Assembly (NCBI GenBank): GCA_035221665.1
Contig: CM069142.1
Location: 30,070,001 to 30,134,000 of the forward strand
Source: Okamejei kenojei
Taxonomy: Eukaryota
DNA length: 64,000 nt
Reading direction: 5' to 3'
Below, piece by piece: positions 36,685 to 50,290 of the stretch. Numbering within the stretch: position 1 is the first letter of the stretch; each line of letters begins with the position of its first letter. The position numbers and the translations under genes were made by a program. The notes under the pieces were generated by a model. That model saw only the letters and a program-made list of their open reading frames with translations, had not been told where the DNA came from and made no database searches.

Positions 36685-36996
36685 GTTTAGTTTAGTTTAG
36701 AGATACAGCCTGGAAACAGGTTGTTTTGCCCACTGAGTCCATGCCGATCATCGATCACCGTTCACACTAGTGCTGTGTTATCCCATTTTCTCATCCACTA
36801 TGTGTGTGGTCAATTGCTATGGGCAATTTACCACACACACGCCTTTGGGATGTGGGAGGAAACCAGTGCACTCGGAGAAAAGCCACGTGGTCACAGGGAG
36901 AACGTGCAAACTCTACACTGACAGCACCCGAGGTCAGGATTGAACCTGGGTCTCTGTCTCTGTGAAGCAGCAGCTCTACCAGCTACGCCACTGTGA
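36685..36996 (-). mobile_element. HE1-like V-SINE
   Basis: Full reverse copy with (gttta)n tail. Confidence 0.85.
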
Positions 36997-37527
36997 TGCT
37001 CATGCCTGGACTGTTGTCACACTTAAAGTCAAGTTTGCTGTTACTCTCAAATTTCCTGTCACATGACAATTTCAGATATAGTTTCTCCAGAGCCTGATCC
37101 TAGTGTCTACTATCTGTCCTGGCAATTGGTCTTTGTAGGGAGTAAGATCTGGAATAAGTTAAGAAGTGGCAGCGCAGGTGAATTCAATTCCCTCCACATC
37201 TATATTTCATATTTGCACATCTCCCATAGGATTCATAGGTCACATATATACCAATGTTCACTTTTCAAATAAACTTTACAATCTTGATGTGAGTTTTTGT
37301 CCAGGAGGTCTTGGTGCCAATCAATTAAACCACTGACATAATTGTTTGAAGCCTATCAGAATTAATCAGTGTCATTTTATTCGGATGAGGTGGAAGAGGA
37401 AAGTGAGTGGTTGGTTTCTGACAGCTCTTAAATAGGTCGCTGCAGATTGTAACTCGGAAGAGAAAGCAGCAGATTGACTTGAAAGAGTCAGTGAAAGAAA
37501 TTTTTAAAAACCAAACCTCATTAAAGT

Positions 37528-37777
37528 AGTCACAAAATACTGGTATAACTCAGCGGGTCAGGCAGCATCTCTGGAGAAAAGGAATAGGTGACGTTTTGGG
37601 TCAAGACCCTTCTTCAGAATAGATGACGTTTTGGATCGAGACCCTTCTTCGGAAGAAGGGTCTTGACCCAAAACGTCACCTGTTCCTTTTCTCCAGAGAT
37701 GTTCCCTGACTCGCTGAGTTACTCCAGCATTTTGTGTCTATCTTCGGTCTAAACCAGCATCTCCAGTTCCTTCCTTC
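37528..37777. mobile_element. Penelope-like fold-back element with three hammerhead-like cores
   Basis: Two tandem minus-strand cores (37590-37617, 37625-37651) and one plus-strand core; long inverted arms. Confidence 0.8.
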
Positions 37778-38139
37778 GCATTAAAATAGTGGTGACCCAT
37801 CTTCCGTCCTATCATGAAACAAAAACTGAAAATCCTGGAAACATTGACAAGGTCCGACAAGCCTTCAGCCTGAAAGGTTAATTCTGTTCCTGTCTACAGA
37901 GGTGCTGCCTTATCTTCTGAGTCTTTTCAGAGCTTTTATTTTTGCTTCAGGTTACCAGCATCAGCAGTTTTTCTTGAGTGACTGTTAGACTCAGAGGGAT
38001 GGACAAATCTGGGGGTAGAGTGTTCCGTCTCGGGGTTGTTTGGGTTGCCTGGGCGGAGGGGGGCCTGTGGTATTTATGCTCGGGCTAGCAGGAGTTTGCC
38101 TTCTGCTTTTAGAGTCACAATATGGCACTGGGTGGAACA

Positions 38140-38443
38140 ATAGCGCTCTAGTAGAGTTGCTGCCTCACAGCTCTCGAGACCTTGGTCCGATCCCGACCTG
38201 AGTTTCTGTCTGTGTGGAATTTGCACGTTCTCCCTGTGACCATATGGTTTCTCCGGGTGCTCCCTTTTCCTCCCACATTCCAAAGACGTGCGGGTTTGTA
38301 GGTTAATTGACTTCTATAAGTTGCCCCTAGTGAGTAGGATGTGAACGTGGGATAACATGGAACTATTGTATGGGTGACCGATGCTCGGGGACTCGGTGGG
38401 CCAGAGGGCCTGTTTCTACTCTGTATCTCTAAATTAAACTAAA
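38140..38443 (+). mobile_element. HE1-like V-SINE
   Basis: gtagagttgctgcctcacagc..ctccgggtgctccc..ggcctgtttc..tgtatctctaaa. Confidence 0.85.
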
Positions 38444-39289
38444 GTACACCAACAAAAATTTTGTATGCTCATGCTAAATTTTAGTCTGTGCTATTTTTAT
38501 CTTATATTAAATGGGCTAATATTTGTAATCTGCCTCTAACATGTGCATGTATGTAGTGCAAATGTGCTAAATGAACATAGGAATATCTTTCTTCAATTAC
38601 TATTTCATTTCACAACAATAACTTTGTGGTCTTTTGTTTAATTTGTTTCGTTCTAGTTGGAATTAACAAATGAATACAAAAGAAAAGTGATTGAACTTGC
38701 ATTGAGATATTAATGTTTGCATTTCCTTTACTTTTCCATTTAAGCAGTGCATGGCAACACTAAGCAATGGCAGATCCTGGCATGTTTTATGAGTTCTCAC
38801 TTCCATTGTCTGCTAGTTTTGAAATGAGATTGTTTGGCAGAAATGCAAGCTATGAGTTTTAAACTGCTTCTTGTTGAGTACGTAAGATGGCAAGAAACAA
38901 TATTGCACTTACATAAATAAATATCTTACATTATGTTACAAAACCTTCGTTCAATCTGCTCCAGAGAAATATCTAAGATGATGGCTAAAAGAATCCTCAA
39001 AGATATTTGGAGATACTCTTGATTTGTTCACTTTTTCCTTTCTATGTTTTATTGACTGCACATGTTTTAAGCACATGCTTATTTGGGATGTTCTGTTGAG
39101 TCCTTTCATCAGTAAAACATTTCTACAAAAAACGTTTGATTTATAGCAATTATCTGAATGTTAAAATTGAGTACCAGTGACATACTATATTTGGATATCA
39201 CACATCATTGCTGAAATGTGAATGGAACAGCCATTTGCTAAATGCCAGATGTGTAAATAGACCATTACTAGCCCTATTAGAAAAACTGT

Positions 39290-39595
39290 AACCGCAGTTA
39301 AAACCAACCTAACAACAGCCAAACCAACCTAACCCCAAACCGGCCATAACCAAACAAATCAAAATCCAACCTGAATACAAATTGACTGCAGCAAAGCCCA
39401 ACCTAACCTGATGTTACCACAGCCAAAATGAACAGAACCATAGCCAAATGCAACCAACCCAAATCATAGCCAATCCATAAATGTCCCAAACTCAATCTGA
39501 CCACAGCCAAGCCAAAATCACCATGAATGCAACCCAACTATAGTCAATCCAAACTGACCCACACTCAATCCGACAGCAGCCAATCCAACTATGAC
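39290..39595. repeat. Degenerate pentamer-based simple repeat (aacca/aacct/agcca)
   Basis: A/C-rich periodic sequence. Confidence 0.65.
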
Positions 39596-39669
39596 ATGTG
39601 CCTGAATTTATGTTGTTATCTAATCCAATTTGAGCTCAAGATGAATTCATCGATTCCAAATCTGGCAGA

Positions 39670-40120
39670 AATCCCGAAGAAGGCTCCCGACCAGAAACAT
39701 TGCCTATCTGTGTTCTCCGGAGATGCTGCTTGACCCGATGAGTTATTCCAGCACTTTGTGTCTTTTTTTAACTCAATGTCTATGGTTGGTATTTTTTGAA
39801 TTTCTCCCAGATAGGTGAAGGCTAGTTGGAGGCCAAGCAATGCCAGCCACAGGTGTTCACCGGGATAGTTTCCCAAGGCCCAAATATCTTCAGCTTTTTG
39901 TAAAAACAAGAAGCTGCAAATGCTAGTTTACACAAAAGTACACAATGTGCAGGTCAGGCAGCATCTCCGGAAGACATGGATAGGTGACGTTTTGGGACAG
40001 GACCCTTCTTCAGACTCATTAAGGGTCTGAGTCAGAATTTGAAGATGGGTCCCAACCTGAAACATGTCTTCCAGAGATGCTGCCTGACCTGCTGAGTTAC
40101 TCCAGCACTTTGTGTCTGTC
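39670..40120. mobile_element. Penelope-like pseudo-LTR copies (single arm 39670-39765; pair 39905-40120)
   Basis: Same arm sequences as the other copies. Confidence 0.65.
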
Positions 40121-41399
40121 TTCAGCAGCTTCTTCGTTGGCCTTCCCTCCACGATTAGTTCAGAAATCCAGATGTCTGCAGAGAATTGCACCACGTTTAG
40201 CTCCACTTACAAGACCTCAGTTACGACAGCTGGCCATGCCCCCCAGCAAACAACTCCGTGGAAATCCAGGTTTCGACTGAGAAGGGGCAAGTAATCTTTG
40301 AATTTTGAATATGCCACCTCGGCACATGCCCACTCATCTGTATGAGCCATTTTGAGGAAATAAACAGAAAAATCATTTTTTTAAAGAGGGAGGATATATA
40401 ATCAGTAATATGCTCCAGTTCAAAGAGAGAACTTTCTGTGACAAATATAGATGAGTATCTGTACACCAAACCCTCATCTAAGTTCATATCTAAATAATAG
40501 CTCGTGCTCAAATAGAATATGTCCTAGCAACTCATTAAGGTTGCCAGGGACAACGGAATTTCTGCCACATTTGGTCTCTAAGCATTGTAAATGGTGTCAA
40601 TACAATAATCGAAGGGGGAATGGAAATGCGTGCAGAATGCAAGGAGATGAATTAACACGGTGTTGATTAAGAATAGGAGCAGAGTGCTATAAATTATTCA
40701 GTTCTATTTAAGACTACTGAGAAGGTGGCAACTCAATAATTACCAGTATCGAAAGATGTAATTAACATGCAGAAAGGATGATCCAGGGAGATCTTTGTAA
40801 ATTTTTCCCCCAGATTCAGATATATTTTGACATAGTGTATATCTTCTTACCCACTACTAGTGCAGTACTGTGTATTGAAATGTATTAATTTGTGTTTAAT
40901 GACAGCAGTAATCATTGCCACTTCCACCACTCAGTTGTGCATGCAAGATGTTTTTGATGCACGCCACTCATACAGATGTTGGGTTCACAGAGTCGGCTTC
41001 ATCTTAAGTTAAAGTAGAACCTAGCCTGTAAAGTCTGGCACCTGGATCTAGCGTCACAAAGGTCCACTTTAAGCCAAAAGCTTACTCTTTCTATCAAATG
41101 TCTTGAAGGAGGTCCAAAAGGTAAAGTCACAAAGTCATACAACTTGGAAAGAGGCACCTGAGCCCAACTTGCCCACACCAACCAACATGTCCCATCTACA
41201 CTAATCCCACCTGAAAGCCTTGCTCTTTCCTTCAGAGTGCTCCAACATCATCTTTTGACCCGGTCTAAACTATGAAGCAGGGTGAGATGTTTGTGCTTCT
41301 TCTTAGAAATAGATTTATGGAGGTAGTTCTGTGATCAGTGGCTTTACGGAAGAGGACAGTACAATATCATCCTTGTAGTCTAACATATTAGGGACCTAG

Positions 41400-41500
41400 G
41401 GTACACAAAAGGCTGGAGAAACTCAGCGGGTGCAGCAGCATCTAAGGAGCGAAGGAGATAGGCGACGTTTCGGGTCGAGACCCTTCTTCAGCCGTCTGAA
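41400..41500 (-). mobile_element. Penelope-like pseudo-LTR with intact hammerhead core
   Basis: ggcgacgtttcgggtcgagacccttcttcag; near-identical to the copy at 10898. Confidence 0.8.
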
Positions 41501-42032
41501 GGAAAAGGATAAAGGATAAAAGGCACAACATTTAGTGCAAGATAAAGTCCGATTAAAGAGAGTTCAAAGATCTCCAGTGAGATAGATGGGATGTCAGGAC
41601 AACAATCTAACTAATGAGAGAACTGTTCAGTTGTATGTTGACAGCTGGGAAGAAATTGTCCATGAATCTGGAAGTATGCATTTTCAAACTTTTGCTTATA
41701 TGCCAAGCTGCACAATTTAAAGGCCAGACAGCAAAGTGTTCAGAACTTTGTGTCCTTTATCGCAGAAATTTAAGAGGACGAGAGAGTACTCACCACCCTC
41801 TAACTATGGATGAGCTGACAAGCTCTTTCAATTCCTTTGAGATTAATCAACACTCGAAGCTAGGGCTTACTGGCTGAGTTGCACTTCATCATATAGGATT
41901 CAATGGGCCCAGACTGGATGGAAATGTTCAGCACTTTGCTTTCAGCTGCCAGTATGTAGGGATCCATGAAAAGGGACATCAACATCCTCATTCACATGCA
42001 GAAGTGAATCTTTTGTTATGAGAAACCGGCCA

Positions 42033-42594
42033 CAGAGATGCCAAGTGTCCCCGGATTCGCCGTATTTTATCCCGGCGAAATAAACTTTACGGTGTTCCGG
42101 CAGCATGCTGTTACGGAACACCGCCGCGCCGGTGTTCCTCCCGTGGTGAACGCCGGCGCCAACTTTGCCGGGCCCTAGTGGCCGCGCGCGCAGTGGGGGA
42201 GGGTTGCCGGGCCCCAGTGGCCGCGCGTGCGCAGTGGGGGAGGGTTGCCGGGCCTGGCGCTATTTCGAGCCACGCCACGCCCGGCCCAGAGCCCGGGCGG
42301 CGCCGGCCCGCGCGATCAGCGGCATTTTCTTGCCGCCAGCCGGCCGCTCGCGGCAGCCCCATCACCGGGCCTCCCCCCACCCCCACCCAGTGCGCAGGCG
42401 CAGACCCGCCGCAACCTTGCCAAGTGCGCATGTGCCGCCCGCCGGCAGCCCGCTGATCTGCACCAGTGCGCAGGCGCATAGCCGCCGGCAACAACCCCAG
42501 GTGAGTATGTTACGGAGAGAAAATGCATTTAACCCCATTTGTTACGGACAAATGGGTTAAATGTTACTGAACTAAATTTAGGGTTGGCATCTCT
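42033..42594. mobile_element. Non-autonomous DNA transposon (hAT/Tip100-like MITE) with GC-rich interior
   Basis: Terminal inverted repeats (c)agagatgccaa and ttggcatctct; subterminal ttacgg repeats; internal 35-bp tandem duplication; no clear target-site duplication. Confidence 0.65.
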
Positions 42595-42596
42595 TA

Positions 42597-42836
42597 GCCC
42601 ATAGCGGCGACTGCGGAGCGCTCCGGAGGCCCCGACCACGGGTGAACATCAGAGGAAGAGACTGACTTTGGTGCCTTCCCTCACAGTGGGAAACTTTAGA
42701 TTCTGCTGTGTGGGGATGTTTTATGTTGAACTCTATCGTGTGTTGTGTTCTTTATTTTATTGTATGGCTGTATGGTGACCACATTTCACTGTGCCAACTG
42801 GCATATGTGACAAATAAATGTATCTTGTATCTTGTA
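42597..42836 (+). mobile_element. Family B GC-rich retroelement, 3' fragment
   Basis: cccgaccacgggtgaa and tgccttccctcacagtg..ctgtgtggggatg modules shared with 33285-33365; (tgtatct)n tail. Confidence 0.7.
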
Positions 42837-43434
42837 AGGGGAGAAATTAGCATTTGGTAACCCATCTCAATGCTTACTCTTACCTGGCAGGAAGATCGCC
42901 GACAGCCTTTCACTATTTAGGGAAGTAATCAACTACGTAAAAAAACAAGGGGTAGACACACACTTATACGGCTTGTACCAGGAGATGAGTTCTGACAATT
43001 TCACACATGGCCATGATCAAAATGCTCACCCAAGTGAGGTTCGGGGATTGAATCAGAAATGTAATAAGAACGCTCTGCATGGTGATCAGAGTGCAGTCCT
43101 AATTTAAAGCTTCTCAATCAAATCTGATGTTAAGCAATTCTCACACCCTGCTTGTGTGCTGCCTAAGATTTCTTTTCTGGATCTTTCAGGAGAGAGGAGG
43201 ATGTAGAAGGGGTCCTAATGCCACTGCGGAAACTCACAATACAAAACCTTCCTGTACATGGGGGGCGTTACCATCTCTTACATGATCCAGTTAGTCTACA
43301 AACTGAGCATCTACAACCACATTAGAGACCACAGTTTCTCATAACAAAAGCAAGACCATATCCTTTGGCTGCTGGGCCAACCAACTGATAGAGTATCCTA
43401 TATTATGAGAATATTAATTAAACCCATATCAATA

Positions 43435-43737
43435 GGGGCGGTACAGTGGCACAGCATTAGAGTTACTGCTTTACTGCGCCAGAGACCCGGGTTCCATCCT
43501 GACTACGGGTGCTGTCTGTATGGAGTTTGTACGTTCTCCCCATGACCTGCGTGAGTTTTCTCCGGGTGCTCCAGTTTCCTTCCACACTGCAAAGACGTGC
43601 AGGTTTGTAGGTTAATTGGCTTTGGTAAAGTTGTAAATTGTCCCTAATGTGTAAGATAGTGCTCGTGTACAGGGTGATCGCTGGTCGCACAGACTCGGTG
43701 GGCCAAAGCGCTTGTTTCCGCGCTGTATCTCTGAAGT
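43435..43737 (+). mobile_element. HE1-like V-SINE, full length
   Basis: ggggcggtacagtggc head to gtttccgcgctgtatctct tail. Confidence 0.85.
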
Positions 43738-46039
43738 CTTGTCAAGATAAAGTCTGATATAGCCTGGCCCTCATCGCCCAGTGATATATTGTTCTACAAA
43801 ACAATCCTGAATGCAGTCTATGAATTTAAACTGTAAAGAACCTTTATGAGTGTAATTTTCCGAATCTACAGTATTTTAAGATTGAGGTTCCCTAAGGATT
43901 TTGCAATAAAATTCCATTCGCTTTTCTTAGTTATTGATTACAGGATATGAGAAAGGGAACAAAATAATAGAAAAACAAAACAAAGTGCAGTGCAATTTAG
44001 CAGGCCCGCCAGCATCGCTGGAGAACACGGATAACTGATGCTTCAGGTCGGAACCCTTCATCTTCTGTCGTGGGGTAGACTGACTGACCCCCTCCCCAAT
44101 CTTTGCACATCCCCAATCCTTTCCACTCGTCATTTTAATTTCATGTTTCTTGTTTTTTATGGCTGTTGGCAGATCAGGTTCCATCTCATCGTATCGTTTG
44201 AGCCAAAACGTCACCCATCCATGTTTTCCAGAGATGCTGCCTGACCCGCTGAGTTACCAAATGCTTTGTGCCGTTTTTTTAAACCAGCAGCTGCAATTCC
44301 TTGTTTCAACAATATAATGGAATAAGTTCTGGATAGCACGTGTTCAGCATTAACATGTATCCTTATGTGCTTCAAATTCAGGAACCCATTTGCCTTCTGT
44401 ATCTTAGCGTAGATACCATCATTGATGAAAGTAACCATCTATGATTACAATATTTCAAAAAGTTTGTGGTATCCTGTTCAATCTGAAGTGTTGAATGAAG
44501 AAAACATTTTGTTTGAAAATTCAGATCTGGTTAGTGATGTGATTTTCATGATGAGGTTGTGTTCACCTTCATGCTTTCACCATTGATGTCAATGGAATTA
44601 ATATCAGAATCAATATCAGAATACAAACTTCCGTATAAAATGGTGATCAATTTCTAGGCAGCGGTATCATCATTACTTATCAAATTTTTTACCTATTAAG
44701 AATCACATAGAGGGTTGTGAATCTGTGGAATTCTCTGCCTCAGAAGGCAGTGGAGGCCGGTTCTCTGGAGGCTTTACCATTTATTAATAGTCAATAAAAC
44801 AGGATGGTGCATTGAATAATGGAAATCATCATACCCAAAGGAAAATTGACACATTTAATTTTATTCTGACAAAGGCTTCCATAGCTTGTGCTCCGCGTGC
44901 TTCAACTCCATTTTGAACTGCTGGTATTGGTGAAGAGTTCTTGTCCCTTTGTTCTATGTTGACAATTAGAATCAAAGGAATATAAAGATGTGCAGCACAC
45001 TATATATTCATGCATATATACATACACACATGTCAGTATATGTACAATAGCTATACATATATATATATATAAGAATTCGTCTCATGTGGCATATAATTTT
45101 TGAACAAGATTACGAGAGAAATTGTTTTCAAAATGTAATCCAGAAATTAGATCAATTAGTATCCACCTATCAGGTGCTAAGTGCACAAAAATCAATTTTA
45201 CCTGGAGGAGATGGAGTTTTAATGATCGAACCTGGGTGCAATTACAGCCATTGCACATTTTGATTGGCCATAACCGTTGTGTCTGATCTAAATGCAGCTC
45301 AGGGGTCCACTTACTATGAAATCATGCTGCACCTGCACTGTATCTTTCACTCCCCACTCACAAAAACGAGACCTCTCATTTACAGAGAACAACTATCGTA
45401 CTGACATTCAGAGAAAGAGAGCAAAATTCACTGAAGTCTGGCGCTAGGGAGTGAATTGAATAATTTTCATCTTGCATTGTTGCAGACCGCATCTGCCAGC
45501 CTCACTTTGCGATGCTTGCAACTGTGACAAGCTCATTTGGTCCACTGATGATTAGTGCCTTTATGTTTTATGCACATCAGGGCAATGTACTGCCATCCCT
45601 GCCTCGCTGATCAGACAACACTGACAGTGGTGTGGGGCCACTGCCAGCATGGGACGCCACCAGAGCAGGCCATCACCTGGGAGATGGCCACACACAAAGG
45701 GGATCACCACGTTCCCCTCCCCCGTGACATTACATGGCAACCTATAATGAAATTGGTTATGGCTTCCATGGGGATAGGTCCTTTAAAGTTTAAAGGCTCT
45801 CCAGAGATCACTGTAGCAAAGACGTGTGAGTTGTGAACTTGTCCCGCAGGTCTCATAATCTAGAGGGAGGATATTTTCATTCATTTTAGAGATTTTGTTT
45901 CAGGAGGCCCCGATCTGCAGCCAGTGTTGCATGCAGCAGCATTTTACAGTGTCTAAATGAGGCCAATCCAGTTCACATGAGGGCAGAGAAGAGCTTCTTC
46001 AGCAGGTTATACTCCATTGTGTTCACACACACGCAATTA

Positions 46040-46326
46040 TTTAGTTTAGTTCAGAGATACAGTGTGGAAAAAGGCCCTTCAGCCCACTGAGTCCATGCTG
46101 GCCAGAGATCATCCATATTCAATCACCCATATTCTACCCTACACACTAGGGCCAATTTTATTTCACATAGGTCAATTAACCTATAAACCTGCATGTTTTT
46201 AGGATACCCGCGCGGTCACAGGGAGAATGTACAAACTGTGTACAGACAGCACCCTTAGTCAGGATAGAACCTGGGTCACTAGCACTGCAAGGCAGCAACT
46301 CTACCACTGCACCACTGTGCCACCCA
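46040..46326 (-). mobile_element. HE1-like V-SINE
   Basis: Reverse copy ending actgtgccaccc. Confidence 0.8.
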
Positions 46327-47449
46327 TGCAGCCCGTTTGCTTGTTTGATATTTAATTACATTATCACTTATCTGAGTCACTTTAATAAACTATTATATTT
46401 GATGCACAAACTCATTACCTTTTCTGCTCTGGAACAAGGCAAGAACTGAGAGGGATAAATTCAACTTTAATTACATGTGTTTAATTGTCACATGTGCCAA
46501 AAATGGAACAATTATATTTTTGTAGAAACAAAGAACTGGAGATGCTGGTGTAACACAGCAGGTCAGACAGTCTGAAGAACATTCCTGACCCAAAACATAA
46601 TCTATCCATGTTTTCCTGAGCTGCTGCCTGACCTACTCCAGCACTTTGTGTCTTTTCTTTAACAATGAAATTCTTACTTGCAGCAGCATAAAAAGTCTGT
46701 AAACACAGTATTCATGGATAACATAATACACAAAAAACAATAATTTTTTTTTTAAGAAGACAAGATTAGTGAAATAAAAGCCTAAACCCCCTCGTGCAAC
46801 CAAGACAGTTCGTAGTTCAAGAATTAGGTTACTGCATTCACAAAGAAATCGGATTGGAAGTCCTACGACATTCCTATAAATGCTGATATCATTCATCCCT
46901 CTTACATGATGCTTGGACTTGAAAGCAAAAGATTATTTTTGTTATTTTTATACCTAGTCACGTGTCATTCAGCTGTTCACTGGCTCAATTCTACATGTCT
47001 TAAATTTTTCACCTAAGAATCTCCTTGACGGCTTGGTATTAAGTTTACTGTCGGTCAACGGACACCCTGAAAGCAATACTCAACTATTTTTCAGTATGTT
47101 TATTTCTCCTGTTGAGCTAAGAGAGGATAAGATAATTTTTCACTTGAACTTACCAGTGAATAAACATTGAATCAAAACATCAAGGTATAATCAAAACTAA
47201 GTTAGTACATTTTATTTATTTTCTCCTGTAAATTAAAATATTGCTCTCAGTTTATTGAGAACTTGGGTAATTAGGATAGTAGAAAGGGCTCAAAATCAAA
47301 ATAATTGTGTGTGCAAGTGGCTGGGGATGAATTTGTGGAGTAGTGGTCTGCTGAGGGAAAACGTAGACAAGTTAAAGGACAAGGTAATACCACAGCTTAC
47401 CACATCAGTCATGTCAGCACAGACCAAGTGGTACCTAGTGCAACATGGA

Positions 47450-48100
47450 ACAGTACAGCACAAGAACAGGCCTTTCTGCCCACAATGTCTGTGCTGAACA
47501 TGTCAAGATCATAATACCTGCACATAATCCATATCCTTCCATTACCTGCATATCCATATGCCTATCCAAAAATGGCACTATTGTTTCTGCCTCTACCACC
47601 AATCCCAGCAGCACATTCCACGTGCTCACCACCCGTTGTGTAAAAAAGAAAATTGGCCTGAATATCTCCTTTAAACTTTGCCCCTTTCACCTTAAAGCTC
47701 TGCCCTCTAATATTTGATTTTTCCATCCTGGGAAAAAGGTTCTGACTGTCTACCCTATCTACGCCTCTCGTAATTTTATATACTTCTATCGGGTCTCCCC
47801 ACAACCTCCGGCGTTTCGGACAAAACAACCCGATTCTGTCCAATCTCTCCCTGTGGCTAATACCCTCTAACCCAGACGTCATTCAGGTAAACTTCCTCTG
47901 CATCCTTTTCAAAGCCTTCACATCCTTCCTGTAATGGGCCGACCATTACAGGAAGGATGTGATAGTCCAAAAAATTGGCCGAACCAAAGTCCTATAAAGC
48001 TGCATCATGACTTCCTGACTCTTACGCTCAATGCCCTGACCTATGAAAGCATGCATACCATATGCCTTAACCACTCTCTCTACTTCTGTTGCCACTTTCA
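47450..48100 (-). mobile_element. CR1 LINE 3' part
   Basis: Minus-strand peptide GLEGISHRERLDRIGLF..RRLWGDPIEVYKITRG. Confidence 0.85.
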
Positions 48101-48509
48101 GAGAGGGCATTTAGAAAATTGTCAATCTAGGGATGTGAACAGATGTAAGGGTGGGATTTGATTGTAAATGAGTAGAAAACATAGATCACATCTCGTTAGC
48201 AAAATATTTTTGCACATAAACTTTAAAAAAACGAATTTAAGCTTAAATTTATTGCAGGTCCCCCTCCCCAGACTTGATATTAGTGGAGGAAATCTCTATA
48301 GATGCAGTGGTTAAAGAGAACATTTCAAATTGCTTTCATCTTTTTGGTACACAGAACTTACTAGGCAGTTCTGGAGCGAAGGAATGTGTCACTCTATTAA
48401 ATGCTGAGTCAAATTACCTCACACCCAAGTAAAATGATCAAATGTGGTATTTCCTTTTAAACCATCAGTGGCCACATGTGAACTGCTCATTAGTCACCCG
48501 CGCTGCTCT

Positions 48510-48668
48510 NNNNNNNNNNNNNNNNNNNNNNNNNNNNNNNNNNNNNNNNNNNNNNNNNNNNNNNNNNNNNNNNNNNNNNNNNNNNNNNNNNNNNNNNNNN
48601 NNNNNNNNNNNNNNNNNNNNNNNNNNNNNNNNNNNNNNNNNNNNNNNNNNNNNNNNNNNNNNNNNNNN
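48510..48668. other. Assembly gap
   Basis: Run of N. Confidence 1.
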
Positions 48669-49679
48669 ACGGCCGCTCAATGTCAGTCATGCTTCCTTTT
48701 TTAAAATTATTTAAAATAGAGATCCATTGCAAAAAAGTATTTAAAAACATACTTTCATCATGGTTAATTCATCATTTGGGACGTTTAATTTAAATTACAC
48801 CTTCAATTGTTCAATTTCAGGGGCTTTTCAGACATAATATCCATATTGTGTCCAAAAAGGGTATTCTATCCTTGTTTCTATTTTGCTAATTTTCCCTTTT
48901 TTACATTCTTTTCTCATACTTGTTTAAATTTGTATCAAATCTCTAGTCCACTACAGTGGTTACTCTCAAAGATAAAGTACAGGAATTCAGCAAATAGTCC
49001 TGCAAATGCAATCAGGTTGTGTTGTATTTGTCACCTATGCATAACCTTTATGTTCTGAAAAAGCCATAATTTGTTTGTCATTCTCTTATCAACAGTGGGT
49101 GAGATTTAAGAGTTGGGTAACAGCAGATTCCATATTTGCATTTACTAATTATGTTTGTTAAGTGCTAATTAAATAAATCAATGCCTAAAGCTGACCTATC
49201 TATAAACTTCTTACAAGGCACAGATAAAGTACGAGCCAGCAGGTTCTTTCTAAGGTGTTACTATTCATACTGATGAAAAGCATACTGAGGAGCAGATGCA
49301 ATGTCCAATTTTCTAAATGCCCTCTCTGAAGTGCTTTCCATTAGTTGTAAACTATGGAATGTAACCAGAAGAATGTTTACTTTTGGTACAGCTATGTTGA
49401 AAGTGAGATTGAGTCACGGTGCTACTGACATGCCTATTACAAATTTGTTCACACGGTCTTGATAATGAAAATAACACATAGACAGCAAGAAGGATGGTTT
49501 TTATGTAGGTCAAGGAGGGAGAAGACAAAATGAAATGGTGAAGAAATTAACATTTTTGATCAAAATGGAAATAGAATTATTGGAAAGTATGCATTACATT
49601 TGAAATGGTGTTCTATTTAGAGTCTTTGTCATAAAGTAATACTGCGGAATATAGCAGACAGATATGCCTGGCTCATCCA

Positions 49680-50290
49680 GGCTAAGATGCCCCATCTAAG
49701 CTGGTCCCATTTGTTTGTATTTGCCCCATTTCCTTATAAACCCTTCCTATCCATGTATCTTTTTAAATGTTGTTATTGTACCTGCCTCCTTCACTTCCTC
49801 TGGCAACTCTTTCCATATTTGTAGCGCCCTCTGTGTGGAAAAGGTTGTCCCTCAGAGTCCTATTAAATCTTTCCACTCTCACTTTAAACCTATGACCTTC
49901 AGTTCTTGATTTCCCAATTATGGGGAAAAAAATTGTGCATTCCCCTAGCTGTGTCCCTCATGATTTTATATACTTCTATAACATCATCCCTCAGTCACTA
50001 ATGCTCCAATGAATAAAGCCTGTCCACCTTCTCCCCATAACTCATGCTCACAAGTCCTGGCAACATTCTCGTATATCTTTTTTGAACTTTTTCCCGCCTT
50101 TCCAGCAGGGTAACTAAAACGGAATACAGTGCTCCAGTGCGGCTTCACCAACATCTTGTACAAATGCAACGTAACGTCCTAACACCTATACTCAATGCCC
50201 TGTCAGATGAAGGCCAACGTACCAAACGGCTTCTTCACTACTCTGTCCACATTTGATGCCACTTTCAGGGAACTATGTACTTGTACTTCT
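49680..50290 (-). mobile_element. CR1 LINE 3' part, degenerate
   Basis: Minus-strand LYKMLVKPH.. and CR1 3' UTR. Confidence 0.75.

Noticed and set aside
42111-42560. Ala/Arg/Pro-rich ORFs (also at 28166-28930 and 32688-33456)
   Set aside because: Artefacts of GC-rich repeat interiors; no recognisable domain
42879-42891. cttacctggcagg matches the 5' end of U1 snRNA
   Set aside because: Similarity stops after ~13-18 nt; no U1 stem-loops or Sm site follow
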